Source of the DNA: Squalus acanthias
Taxonomy: Eukaryota
Reading direction: 5' to 3'
DNA: 64,000 nucleotides
Assembly (NCBI GenBank): GCA_030390025.1
Contig: CM059433.1
Coordinates: 1,426,001-1,490,000 of the forward strand
Shown here: piece by piece, positions 51,895 through 64,000 of the stretch
How the letters are laid out: each line of letters begins with the position of its first letter
Position numbering within the stretch: the first letter of the stretch is position 1
Translations under genes and position numbers: made by a program
The notes under the pieces: generated by a model
What the model was told of the DNA's origin: nothing
The model's input: only the letters and a program-made list of their open reading frames with translations
Databases searched by the model: none

Positions 51895-51931
51895 TCACAA
51901 GCTTTCGGAGCGCTGCTCCTTCGTCAGGTGA
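51895..51931 (-). ncRNA. Minimal hammerhead ribozyme motif
   Basis: UCAC-CUGACGA-A-GGAGC(AGC)GCUCC-GAAA-GCU-U-GUGA. Confidence 0.8.
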
Positions 51932-51933
51932 AG

Positions 51934-51970
51934 TCACCTGATGAAGGAGCAGCGCTCCGAAAGCTTGTGA
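51934..51970 (+). ncRNA. Minimal hammerhead ribozyme motif
   Basis: UCAC-CUGAUGA-A-GGAGC(AGC)GCUCC-GAAA-GCU-U-GUGA. Confidence 0.8.
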
Positions 51971-52349
51971 TTTCAAATAAAACTGTTGGACTATAACCTG
52001 GTGTTGTGCGACTTCTCACATTTGTCCACCCCAGTCCAACACCGACATCTCCACATTATGGCTTTTATTTGTCCATTCAATAGAAAACAAGGATACATTT
52101 TCTTCCAAATTTCACTCTTTTCCTGCCTTTCATCAAATGTCCATTCTTCATATGGGAGCCTTGATGGTGGGCATTTGGAAAATCTAGGCTCACCAGTCCT
52201 CTCCTGACATCTGCACATCATTGCTTTATACAAATACAAAGGGAGTGAGTGGACAGTAACAGGAACCCGAAGGATTTTCCAATCCCCAGCCCAGGGGTAC
52301 CGAGGTCCATTATAGTGCATCCACTGCTGCCTCAGCTAAGTCAGTTTTA

Positions 52350-53090
52350 CTACAAATGTGAGGAAGTGATGCTTCAGCCTTGGGGGGAGACCCCAGCTGA
52401 ATGCTGCATTCAGCTTTGGGCATCGAACCTCAGGAAGGATATATTGGCTTTAGAAGGGATACAATGCAGATTCACCAGAATGATACCAGGGCTTAAAAAG
52501 AAAGAAAGACTCGCATTTCTACAGTGCCTTTCCCGACCTCAGGACGTCCCAAAGCTTTTCACAGACGATGAAGGACTGTTGAAGTGGAGTCACTGTTGTA
52601 ATCTAGGAAACGCAGCAGCCAATTTGCGCACAGCAAGCTCCCACAAACAGCAAAGAGTTCAATTACGAGGACAGGTTTCATAAACATGGCTTGTATTCCC
52701 TTGAGTTTAGAAGGTTGAGGGGTGATCTAATCGAGGTTTGTAAAATGATAAAAGGGATTTGATAGAGTCGATACAGATAAACGATTTCCTCTGGTGGGGG
52801 AATCCAGAACAGGGAGCATCAACTTACCATTACAGCTCGGGCATTTAGGGGTGAAATCAGGAAGCACTTTTTCACACAACGGCTAGTGGAAATCTAGAAC
52901 TCTCTCCCCCAAAAGGCTCTGGATGCTGAGACACTTGAGATTTTCAAAACAGAGGACGTTAAAGTTTTGTAGGTGAAGGTATCAAGGGATATAGAGCAAA
53001 GACGGGAAAGTGGAGTTGATGTACAGATCAGCCATGGCATAATTAAATGGTGCAACAGGCTCGAGGCCGAATGGTCTCTTCCTGTTCCTA
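52350..53090 (+). mobile_element. Degenerate CR1 3' fragment interrupted by a SINE fragment
   Basis: LRKDILALEGIQCRFTRMIPGL; CR1 tail. Confidence 0.8.
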
Positions 53091-53506
53091 CATCAGTGAG
53101 TATGAGTTACTTCAGCCAGGACAGTTAAGCAGGCTACAATTGGTTTCAGCATTGTTGGGTCAGGGAGAGGAAATCATCCAGGGCTACAACAAGAAGCATT
53201 CGTATAGCACCTTTAAAATAATAAAGCATCCCCAGGAACTTGACCTAGGAGGGTATAGATTGAGAGGTGATAAAAGTATTGGGAGAGTTGACCAAATTGC
53301 ACAATAGGTTTTGAGGTGGTTTTTGAAGCCGGAGAGAAAGGTAGCGCACATCCTTTAATCAACATTGGGTGTAGCAGAGAGTTCAACCAGGGGTTATTTC
53401 ATTGAGTCAATCAAGTCCGAGTTTACTGTCACCTATCAAATATTATATGGTTATACAATTCCAGTAGATTTACTAGACACAGTCTGGCATCAATCTTATG
53501 TAAGAC

Positions 53507-53780
53507 AACAACAACAACAACTTGTATTTATATAGCGCCTTTAGCATAGTAAAACGTCCCAAGGCGCTGCAAAGGTTGAGCGATTATAATCAGGGATGCT
53601 CAAGAGGGCAGAATTAGAGGAGCGCAGATATCTCGGGGGGTTGTGGGGCTGAAGGAGATTACAGAGATAGGAAGGGGCGAGGCCATGGAGGGATTTGAAA
53701 ACAAGGATGAGTCAATGTAGGTCAGCGAGCACAGGGGAGGATGAGCCAACGGGACTTGGTGCGAGTTAGGACACGGGCAC
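53507..53780 (-). mobile_element. Internally deleted L2 3' fragment
   Basis: Matches parts of 38291-38790. Confidence 0.8.
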
Positions 53781-56700
53781 ATGGGCTTGGATGTATCACC
53801 TTTTACTGTTGGATTTTTTATAATCTTAGCAGTAGCTTGTTACATAGTATTACTGTATATATCTGATAGACAGATTCCTTGGATTAAGCATCTGAATTTT
53901 TTTTTCCAGTTTTCGTCTTTTCTCTTCTGACTCATGCTAGGGAAAACTCAAACAGCCATTCTTCATGCGTGAGCCTTAAACACGGCAGTCGGCAGGCGGG
54001 GAAGGACGGGCATCACAGCAGAGCTAAGTCACGCCCTCACCTGACTCCCCCCCACCCCCCCGCCCCCTGCACCTTCTAGCAGGGAACATTGCTTAGTAAC
54101 CAGGAGTGGTAACCTCTCCATAGCCTGGAATCACTGTCGTTTCCTAACTGCAACCCTGGCTGAGATCAGCTAACTCAGCACAGACTATGAATCAAATCTC
54201 TGAGTGTTTACAGCTCAGCACTACACCATGTGGTGCCATTAAGAAATCTTCACATCTGAACATTTGTTAAAGATCGGAATTACATGATATACTTTCCTTC
54301 ATCTGACACTACCAGTGTGCTGAATGAGCTGTGAATCATTTCCACCATGGCACCCCTGCTTCTAACTGACTCTTTGATAATCCTGCACAAAGAATGTGAA
54401 GGCGTGAGTCCTTCAACTGAGATACAGGGTTTTGTTTTTCCAATGCATTCGCTCTGGTGCTTGTGCTTAACGAATGTAATCTTGATTTTATTTAATATTT
54501 TAATAATACATCTTATTTTCTGCCTGAACTCAGATGTATTCTCCACTGATCTAGAATATACATTTTATACAGTTTAACTGTTGTTAAACAATAATTGAGA
54601 AATCTCACCACACTATCATTGCGTCACATCATATGTTTAATGGAGCTAATTGTTCTTTAATACTTTATCTCCTATGGATGCACCCAATTTTGTTTTAAGT
54701 TTCCTCCAATGTCCCTTGTAATTTGCTCTTTCCATTTTTCCTTTCATTTTATGCTAACTTATTAACAGCTTTTAATTTAGTTTTACATAATTCCCATTTT
54801 TTAAATTCCCCATTCCCCTCCTTTAATAACATTTTTTCCTCTACTTACTTTCCTTACTTTTAGCTCACTATTTGCTTTATGTATTGATATTAATCCCCTT
54901 CGTCCATCTGGTGCATGTTTAACTTGCACACCCTCCAGTACATTGTGTTTCCTTTTTTCTCCATTTCCAGTGTTCTTTCACAATGTATCCTTTAAGCTTT
55001 TAATTGAGTTCCTCTAGACTCAACCAATCATTTTATTATCACTAGCTCTAAGGCATGTTATAGTGGCCAATCTTAATTTCTTTTGTATTTAAAACTAGTT
55101 GAAATCTCAACCTGTGTTATAAACTGAATACAAACTGTAAAACAGTGGGACACTGAGTTCATCCTGTTCACGAGTAAGACTTGAGCTATAAGGTCTTATT
55201 TGCAAGCAAATCAAACTGTGTATCCTACTGTTCCCCATTGTGTATTGTCTATTTACCAACTGTCTATCAGAGCCTATTCTCTCAACCCCAGTACAAAGGC
55301 TTAAACAAGGTTTGGAATAGGGTTAAAGGCACCATTAACAATACAGTTAGAGTTTACTTTAGGCTGAGGGATCCCTTTATGGTTGGGGTTAACTTTGGTA
55401 TTAAGATCCTCCATTATTTTCTATATGAAGAATCTCATAATATAAGTGACAAGAATATGTGTGGCTTCTGCGTGTGGTCTGTGTCTGCATTCTGCCTGAA
55501 TCTCTGTGTGGATATGCCAAGATTTCATATAAAACCCCGAATAATACAATTGGTTTGTTTATGCTTAAATGCCACTCATTAAAATGGCTTAAAGAAACAG
55601 CAGACATTCTGTGATGGTTAATATTAATGTTTTTAGTAGCAGTGGGAACTGAAACAACTGCAAAAAAAAAGCTAAGCCTGGTAATGCAACGGAAAACAGT
55701 GTCATAAAAAGCCAGTGGAGTTTTTTAAGCCTGCTCCTAAACTAAATTAACTGGGTGGTATTGATGCCGGCCTGTTTACATTCCACTAGTATCAGTGGCG
55801 TATAACTTAAAAGCAATCTGAAGCTGCAACAGCCTGTTTAATGTAAAGAGGCTCTGTGCTTGCCCAGGAATTTAAGTAACACAATAAACAATACAGGCGC
55901 TTTGGAGATCAAAGTGCTTCATATAAACCGTATCATCTACCTAGAATAAAGACATTTTATTGTTCTTTCTAAGACTTTTTTAGCCAACCTCAAAAAAAAT
56001 GTTTGTTATCAGCCACATTTAATGAGGGAGTAACTCACTCCACCTGCAGCATTACTAATAAGCTCATTACCACAATTTGATTGTGCTGTAAGAAGAACAT
56101 TTTACAAACATCACTGCATCCAACCCTTTTTGCTCTGGTAATGTTTTCCTCTCCTGGTGATCTTAATACTTTACTGGGATAAGGTTCCATGCACGTCCTC
56201 TGGTACCTCACTCGAGTGTCCATTCTTCACACATAAACTTAAGACAGTTAATATCGGAGGCTGTCCAGCTGTCCAGCTGCAGGTAGTATCATGTCCAGGT
56301 CTGATCCTGTTCTCATCTGGCATCCACATATTGTATTTACAGTAAGGTTTTCTGCATAGCAGTCGGTGAAGGGAACCCTGTTCAATCCCCTTCTCCCTGT
56401 TTCTGTGGTGTAAATTCTATGTAGTTATAATAGGTCGTAGGGTAGGATGAAAATCGATGGAATGCAGAATTTGGAGGTTAACTGTTATCGTGGACATAGA
56501 TCCCGATGTGGTTCCGCATCCAAACAACAACTAGACCAGACTGCTTAGCACATTAACCAATGAAGTCACAAGAATGTGATGCCCAGTCTGGTCCGTGAGT
56601 TCTTTAAATATTCTATTGCTTTGGGACTTGTGATCTTCCATTGTACTATGACTAATTAATGTCAGTTGGTAAAATTTGACCACCGCCTCCTCCAGTGGCT

Positions 56701-57371
56701 CAGGACTAGTGTGTGCACTGCCTGGCATGTTACTCAGCCTTATAGATCAGGAAGATCCCAGGTTTGGTCCCTGGTCTCTGCCAAGTTAGTTGATCTCAGT
56801 TACCATGGTTCTTTTAATTTATCGCATTGCTGTTTGTGGGAGCTTGCTGTGCGCAAATTGGCTGCCGTGTTTCCCACATTACAACAGTGACTCCACTTCA
56901 AAAAAAGTACTTAATTGGCTGTAAAGCGCTTTGGGACATCCTGAGGTCATGAAAGGTGCTATATAAATGCAAGTCTTTCTTTCTTCTTACTTTAATGTTC
57001 CTTGGCTAGGGAGAGGACAAAATCAGCTTGGGTTCCTGTTTCTAAAAGTGACCGATGCTGTAAAGTTTGCACATGTGACTGTTGGGTAAGTAAAAGATTA
57101 GGATTAGCTTTGATGCCCCACCCCCAGTGTTTCCTCAAAAGCCAGGTATATCCTTGGTTGCACTATCCAGGCTCCTACAGAACAAATGTCCATTTAAGTG
57201 AGGTACAAGAGGGTCACCAGAACAATGGAACTGTATATCATCTTCAGGAGGTGATAAAATTGGGTAAAAGATCAAGTAAAATGACTCGATGTTAATACTG
57301 CAAAATGAACTTTAAAGTAACAGGAGGAAAATGTCCTGTGGTCACCCTTTGTTAGATTGTCAGAAACAAAG

Positions 57372-57838
57372 TAAAAGAAAGACTTGCATTTATATAGCGC
57401 CTTTCACGACCACCGGACGTCTCAAAGCACTTTACAGCCAATGAAGTACTTTTGAAGTGGAGTCACTGTTGTAATGTGGGAAACACAGCAGCCAATTTGC
57501 GCACAGCAAGCTCCCACAAACAGCAATGTGATAATGACCAAATAATCTGTTTTTGTTATGTTGGTTGAGGGATAAATATTGGCCAGGACACCAGGGATAA
57601 CTCCCCTGCTCTTCTTCGAAATAGTGCCATGGGATCTTTTACGTCCACTTGAGAGAGCAAATAGGGCCTCGGTTTAATGTCTCATCCGAAAGACGGCACC
57701 TCCGACAGTGCAGCACTCCCTCAGCACTGCACTGGAGTGTCAGCCTAGCTTTATGTGCTCAAGTCTCTGGAGTGGGACTTGAACCCACAACCTTCTGACA
57801 AGAGGCGAGAGTGCTACCCACTGAGTCACAGCTGACAC
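57372..57838 (-). mobile_element. Full-length SacSINE1/DeuSINE-like SINE
   Basis: Reverse complement of the 19133 family. Confidence 0.88.
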
Positions 57839-57888
57839 TGTAGGAAGATTTCCTATGTTGGTTATTTCGGTGCTTATGGTATTGCCAG

Positions 57889-58195
57889 AATCACATCCCC
57901 ACCGACACCTGGCAATCCCTGGCCCAAGACCACACAAAGTGGAGGAGAAGCATTCGGGAAGGCACCGAACACCTCGAGTCTCTTCGCCGGGAGCGAGCGG
58001 AAGCCAAGCGCAGGCAGCGCAAGGAGCGCACGTCAACCCAAGCACCCCACCCACCCGCCCCTTCAACCACCGTCTGCCCCACCTGTGACAGAGACTGTAG
58101 GTCCCGCATTGGACTCATCAGTCACCTGAGAACTCATTTTTAATGTGGAAGCAAGTCATCGTCGGTTCTGAGGGACTGCCTAAGAAGAAGAAGAA
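57889..58195 (+). mobile_element. RTE LINE 3' fragment
   Basis: Near-identical to ~3270-3564; TSD GGTATTGCC at 57878-57886 and 58196-58204; (AAG)n tail. Confidence 0.9.
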
Positions 58196-59854
58196 GGTAT
58201 TGCCCAGGTCTGCACATTTCCAATTGACATTAATGCGACATTAAAGTGAGCAACAGTCCGAAAGCCATTCCCAATGTATTCCAGCTTCTACCTCTTACTG
58301 CACAGGTGTACATTTCTTCCATTCCCTGCAGAAGCCATCCATAAAGTCACCTTTATAATGACAGAATGAGATAGATCATCAATATTCTAGCACTGTGTCC
58401 GCTTTTTAATAATAACTGATCAGGTTATTTAGGCATCTTCAAAGTACCTATTTTCTGCATTTAGCTGTGACTTTGATCCACTTGAGAGAGAATTGAGAAG
58501 AGGTAAAGGCAATTAGATTCTACCTTCATTTTCAATTAAAAACAACATTGATTTGCCACTTGTAACTGACAAGAAAGCAGACACACTCATAATGCCCGAG
58601 TTCCAGTTCACTGAACAGCAGAACATATTCAACTCTGAAAGCAACAGCACTTGGCTGAGTGCAACAATCTTTTATTACACCACAGAGCCCACTTGGATCA
58701 AGCGTACAGCACCTGGGATTTATAGGGAACAGCTGACAGCTTTCAATTCGCTTCAGATTAATAATGCCTTTAAAATAACGTCCAAACCACACATTACGTT
58801 CTGGTTCAACTTCCTCTCATCTCTGCTCTCCAGCTGTTTCTCCGTCAATCTGAGAACAGTGATTTCGGAATCTTGTCACCAGGTAATTAATGCTGGAGCA
58901 GTAGGCAAAGAGCTCATCGGGAAAAATAATGTTTGGTCTTGTTTATTGTTTCAGTCTTAACAAAATCTAACCAAAATGGCTCAGTTTGCAGCACATGAAC
59001 AAATATGAGCTTTCCGGCACAGTTTTCAGCCATGTTCCGGAGCCTACCGCAATGGCTGGCCTTTAGTGCTTTTTCTGTACAGTCATCCAATTGCATATGG
59101 AGATGCACGTGACACTTCTCAGCAAGTCAAGCCATTTAGTTGAACCTTTTGTCAACATTTTTCTTTTGGTGCATTTGTCATTGTGTTTATCAAATTGGGG
59201 GGGTTTAATGCAAGGGAATAGAACACTTTCTGAGATCCAGTGACAGCAGCAAACAAATTCGGGCCATGATGTGGTGATTTATTCTGTGTTGTACTTCATT
59301 CGAAGTGTGAAAAATTCATTTCCATTTTTCATTCAATGGGAGGTGAATTTGAAAAGCAATGGCTTGAAAATTACTGCTAGAAATGGTACATCGCGAGAGA
59401 CTTTCAACTGCTGGCTGCCCGTTACTCATCTGAAAAACGGGCGGCCAATGTTTGCTACTGAACTGGTGGGCCCAAAATGGTAACGAGGCCCGACTGCCAT
59501 GCTGGGCCAGCCCCGCGGGGGTATCACAGTCACACCGCAAACAAGGTTTCGTTATTTTTTTTTTGAAACTGTCACATCATTTTGTACATGCACAGTCGCT
59601 ACAAACTTTCCCATACTGGACATGGACTATCTCTAATTTTGGAGGAAAGTCCATATAGGCCAGGAATGTGCTGAAAAGTCAGCCTGACAGACACAATATC
59701 ATAGGCTGATGGTGACTGGCGCCGATGGAATAGATTGCCAGCTTGTGCAGTGGGTGCCGGTTTGCTGCAAACACTGAAAAGGCAGGTGGATATTCCTGGA
59801 AGAGGCTGATACTGCTGCCTACAAAAGGTAGATGGGCTGTTGGGTAATGTAAAA

Positions 59855-60236
59855 GAAAAAGAAAGACTTGCATTTCTACAGCGCCTTTCACGACCTCAGG
59901 ATATCCCAAAGAGCTTTACAGCCAACTAAGTGCTTTTGAAGTATTGTAATATGGGAAACGCGGCAGCCAATTTGCGCACAGCAAGCTCCCACAAACAGCA
60001 ATGTGATAATGACCAGATAACCTGTTTTAGTGATGTTGGTTGAGGGATAAATATTAACCAGGATGCAGAGGTTAACCCCCCTGCTCTTCTTCGAAATAGT
60101 GCCATGGGATCTTTAACGTCCACCTGAGAGGGCAGACGGGTCCTCGGTTTAACATCTCATCTGAAAGACGGCACCTCCGACAGTGCAGCACTCCCTCAGT
60201 ACTGCACTTGAGTGTCAGCCTAGATTATGTGCTCAA
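59855..60236 (-). mobile_element. SacSINE1/DeuSINE-like SINE split by a LINE (continues at 63269-63290)
   Basis: GTGCTCAA|TCTCTGGAGTGGGACT continuity across the LINE, compared with 57750-57790. Confidence 0.85.
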
Positions 60237-63200
60237 ATAATAAGAATAAAACTGCACAGACCACCCGGCATCGACCTAGGCACCAGCTTTGGACACGACA
60301 ATGGCACATCCAGCCCAGTCGACCCTGCAAAGTCCTCCTCACCAACATCTGGAGACTTGTGCGAAAATTGGGAGAGCTGTCCCACAGACTCGTCAAGCAA
60401 CAGCCTGACATCGTCATACTCACAGAATCATACCTTCCAGCCAATGTCCCAAACTCCTCCATCATCATCCCTGGGTATGTCCTATCTCACGGGCAGGACA
60501 GACCCACCAGGGGAGGCGGCACAGTGGTATACAGTCGGGAAGGAGTGGCCCTGGGAGTCCTCAACATTGACTCCGGACCCCATGAAGTCTCATGGCTTCA
60601 GGTCAAACATGGGCAAGGAAACCTCCTGCTGATTACCACCTACCGCCCTCCCTCAGCTGATGAATCAGTACTCCTCCATGTTGAACACCACTTGGAAGAA
60701 GCACTGAGAGTAGCAAGGGCACAGAATGTACTCTGGGTGGGGGACTTCAATGTCCATCACCAAGAGTGGCTCGGCAGCACCACTACTGACCGAGTTGGCC
60801 AAGTCCTGAAGGACATAGCTGCCAGTCTGGGCCTGCGACAGGTGATGAGAGAAGCAACACGAGGGAAAAACCTACTTGACCTTGTCCTCACCAATCTAGC
60901 TGTCGCTGATGCATCTGTCCATGACAGTATTGGTAGCAGTGACCACCGCACAGTCATTGTGGAGACAAAATCCCGTCTTCACACTGAGGACACCCTCCAT
61001 CTTGTTGTGTGGCACTACCACCGTGCTAAATGGGATAGATTGAGAACAGATCTAGCAGCTCAAAACTGGGCATCCATGAGGCACTGTGGGCCATCAGCAG
61101 CAGCAGAATTGTATTCCACCACAATCTGTAACCTCATGGCCCGGCATATCCCTCACTCTACCATTACCATCAAGCCAGAGGACCAACCCTGGTTCAATAA
61201 GGAGTGTAGAAGAGCATGCCAGGAGCAGCACCAGGCATACCTGAAAATGAAGTGCCAACCTGGGGAAGTTGAAGGACTACATGACTGCTAGACAGCAGAA
61301 GCAGCATGCTATAGACAGAGCTAAGTGATCCCACAATCAACGGATCAGATCAAAGCTCTGCAGTCCTGCCACATCCAGTTGTGAATGGTGGTGGACAATT
61401 AAACAACTAACGGGAGGAGGAGGTTCCATGAATATCCCCATCTTCAAAGATGGCGGAGCCCAGCACGTGAGTGCAAAAGTCAAGGCTGAAGCGTTTGCAA
61501 CCATCTTCAGCCAGAAGAGCCGAGTGGATGATTCATCTTGGCCTCCTCCTGAGGTCCCTACCATCACAGAAGCCAGTCTTCAGCCAATTCGATTCACTCC
61601 ACGTGATATCAAGAAATGATTGGGCACACTGGATACAGCAAAGGCTATGGGCTCTGACAACATCCCAGCTGCCGTGCTGAAGACTTGTGCTCCTGAACTA
61701 GCATCTATCCGACAATGTGGAAAACAGCATACAAGGCTACGGACCAAGTGCTGGAAAATGGGATTAGAATAGACAGGGCTTGATGGCCGGCGCAGACACG
61801 ATGGGCCGAAGGGCCTCTTTCTGTGCTGTATAACTCTATGACTCTATGTCCTGTCCACAAAAAGCAAGTCGAATCCAATCTGACCAATTACTGCCCCATC
61901 AGTCTACTCTCAATCATCTGCAAAGTGATGGAAGGTGTCGTCGACAGTGCTATCAAGCAGCACTTACTCACCAATAACCTGCTCACTGATACTCAGTTTG
62001 GGTTCCTCCAAGACCACTCAGCTCCAGACCTCATTACAGCCTTGGTCCAAACATGGTCAAAGGAGCTGAATTCCAGAGGTGAGGTGAGAGTAACTGCCCT
62101 TGACATCAAGGCAGCATTTGACCGAGTGTGGCATCAAGGAGCCCCAGTAAAACTGAAGTCAATGGGAATCAGGGGGAAAACTTTCCACTGGCTGGAGTCA
62201 TACCTAACACAAAGGAAGATGGTTGCGGTGGTTAAAGGTCAATCATCTCAGCCCCAGGACATCGCTACAGGAGTTCCTCAGGGCAGTGTCCTAGGCCCAA
62301 CCATCTTCAGCTGCTTCATCAATGACCTTCTCTCCATTATAAGGTCAGAAATGGGGACGTTCGCTGATGACTGCACAGTGTTCAGTTCCATTCGCAACTC
62401 CTCAGATAATGAAGCAGTCCATGCCCGCATGCAGCAAGACCTGAATGACATTCAGGCTTGGGCTGATAAATGGCAAGTAACATTCGCACCACACAAGTGC
62501 CAGGCAATGACTATTTTCAACAAGAGAGATTCTAACCACCAACCTTTGACATTCAACAACATTACCATCACTGTATCCCACACCATCAACATCCTGGGGG
62601 TCACCATTGACCAGAAACGTAACTGGACCAGCCACATAAATACTGTGGCTACAAGAGCAGGTCAGAGGCTAGGTATTCTGCGATGAGTGTCTCACCTCCT
62701 GACTCCCCAAAGCCTTTCCACCATCTGCAAGGCACAAGTAAGGAGTGTGATGGAATACTCTCCACTTGCCTGGATGAGTGTAGCTCCAACAACACTCAAG
62801 AAGCTCGACACCATCCAGGACAAAGCAGCCCACTTGATTGGCATACCATCCACCACCTTAAACATTCACTCCCTCCACCACCAGCGCACCATGGCTGCAG
62901 TGTGTACCATCTACAAGATGCACTGCAGCAACTTACCAAGGCTTCTTCAGCAGCACCTCCCAAACCCGCAAACTCTACCACCTAGAAGGATAAGGGCAGC
63001 AGGCGCATGGGAACATCACCACCTCCAAGTTCCCCTCCAAGTCACACACCATCCTGACTTGGAAATATATCGCCGATCCTTCATCGTCGCTGGGTCAAAA
63101 TCCTGGAACTCCCTCCCTAACAGCACTGTGGGAGTACCATCATCACACGGACTGCAGCAGTTCAAGAAGGCAGCTCACCACCACCTTCTCAAGGGCGACT

Positions 63201-63268
63201 AGGGATGGGCAATAAATGCTGACCTTGTCAGCGACACTCACATCCCAGGAACGAATTTTAAAAAAAAT
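60237..63268 (+). mobile_element. Near-complete APE-RT region of a CR1-group LINE, with stops/frameshifts and a CR1 tail inserted at ~61725-61848
   Basis: APE (TES, RGGG, YRPP, GDFN, SDH); RT ([27 protein letters not shown]); A-rich tail. Confidence 0.93.
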
Positions 63269-64000
63269 CTCTGGAGTGGGACTCGAACCCATGTACGCTG
63301 TGGTCATTGTTATCTCCTGGAACTCATTTTGATCATCTTCAGGGATCGGAGAGGATTTTTAGAAAATTCCCTTTTCTCTGAATTGGCCTGTGTTTTTTAA
63401 AAATCTGTTTATTTGACTCCCAAGAGTCAACATAGGTGCTCTTGGGTGGGAAGTATTGGAGGTCATCTTGAATAGGACAGACTCGATTTACCGGTTGATT
63501 TTTTCCATCTTTTGGTATGTTTGCCAGTATGTTCGATATTTCTCTGTCCGTGTATATAATGGTCTCTGCCTAAGTAAACTTGTCAAGCTGTAATTACACC
63601 CTTCTGCCAGCGGAGACACTGCAGCACCACCTTTGGCCGAGGGTTTAATTACTGTACACAAGCAGTTTCTGTTATAAATATCAACGTAGGAATTTAGAAT
63701 AGAAATATAAAATAAGGTCAGAATGTAGGACTCAAACTGGTAACAGAATTACATCTGTGTACCCGAGTTCAATTATCCACGGCTTTACCTGAAGACTACA
63801 CTTGGTTTTGACTTTCCTTTGCAATGGCACAGGAAATTGTCTCATAAGTGTTGCAAAATAAAGAGTTAGATAAAAATAAGGAAAGAATGTATGACTTTAA
63901 AATGGGGACTGAATTACATCTATATACCCTGGTCGAATTATGCCCTGACCTCTAACCTTGCCTCACTTGAAGACTATACTTCAACTACAAATATATGCAT

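Larger units (their letters stand above)
51844..52061 (+). mobile_element. Palindromic mini-Penelope element with two hammerheads
   Basis: 88-bp arms 51843-51930 / 51935-52022 with 1 mismatch; direct repeat CTTTTATTTGTCCA at 51830-51843 and 52062-52075; arms correspond to the PLE 3' end. Confidence 0.88.

Noticed and set aside
51843..52022. miRNA precursor
   Set aside because: The hairpin is fully explained as inverted PLE ends; no miRNA evidence from sequence alone
54500..55170. Possible very old LINE remnant
   Set aside because: Too degenerate to show diagnostic motifs
58553..58960. 135-aa ORF as a host gene
   Set aside because: No recognisable domain or clear splice signals

Overview
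Eukaryotic, repeat-dense DNA, most likely intronic or intergenic sequence from a shark (elasmobranch). The assignment rests on HE1-type V-SINEs sharing tails with CR1/HER1-type LINEs, and on SacSINE1/DeuSINE-like SINEs with L2 tails. I cannot confidently identify any host protein-coding gene. The window holds nested CR1, L2, RTE and a second CR1-group LINE family, Neptune-like Penelope elements (PLEs), Harbinger derivatives carrying Myb/SANT genes, Harbinger-like and hAT MITEs, three SINE families and three minisatellites. Five observations stand out. (1) There are five minimal hammerhead ribozyme motifs in PLE ends. Three of them sit in two tiny TSD-flanked non-autonomous PLE derivatives with long hairpins, one of which is an 88-bp-arm palindrome with a hammerhead on each strand. 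(2) A LINE appears to lack ORF1 and starts with a tRNA-like head, and it has a probable head+tail SINE partner. (3) An RTE insertion is 5'-inverted, as in twin priming. (4) Three CpG-rich MITEs share an internal TTTGACAG...CTGTCAAA hairpin. (5) The Harbinger Myb proteins carry a conserved AT-hook. Family names come from recalled motifs, not database searches, and boundaries without TSDs are approximate.
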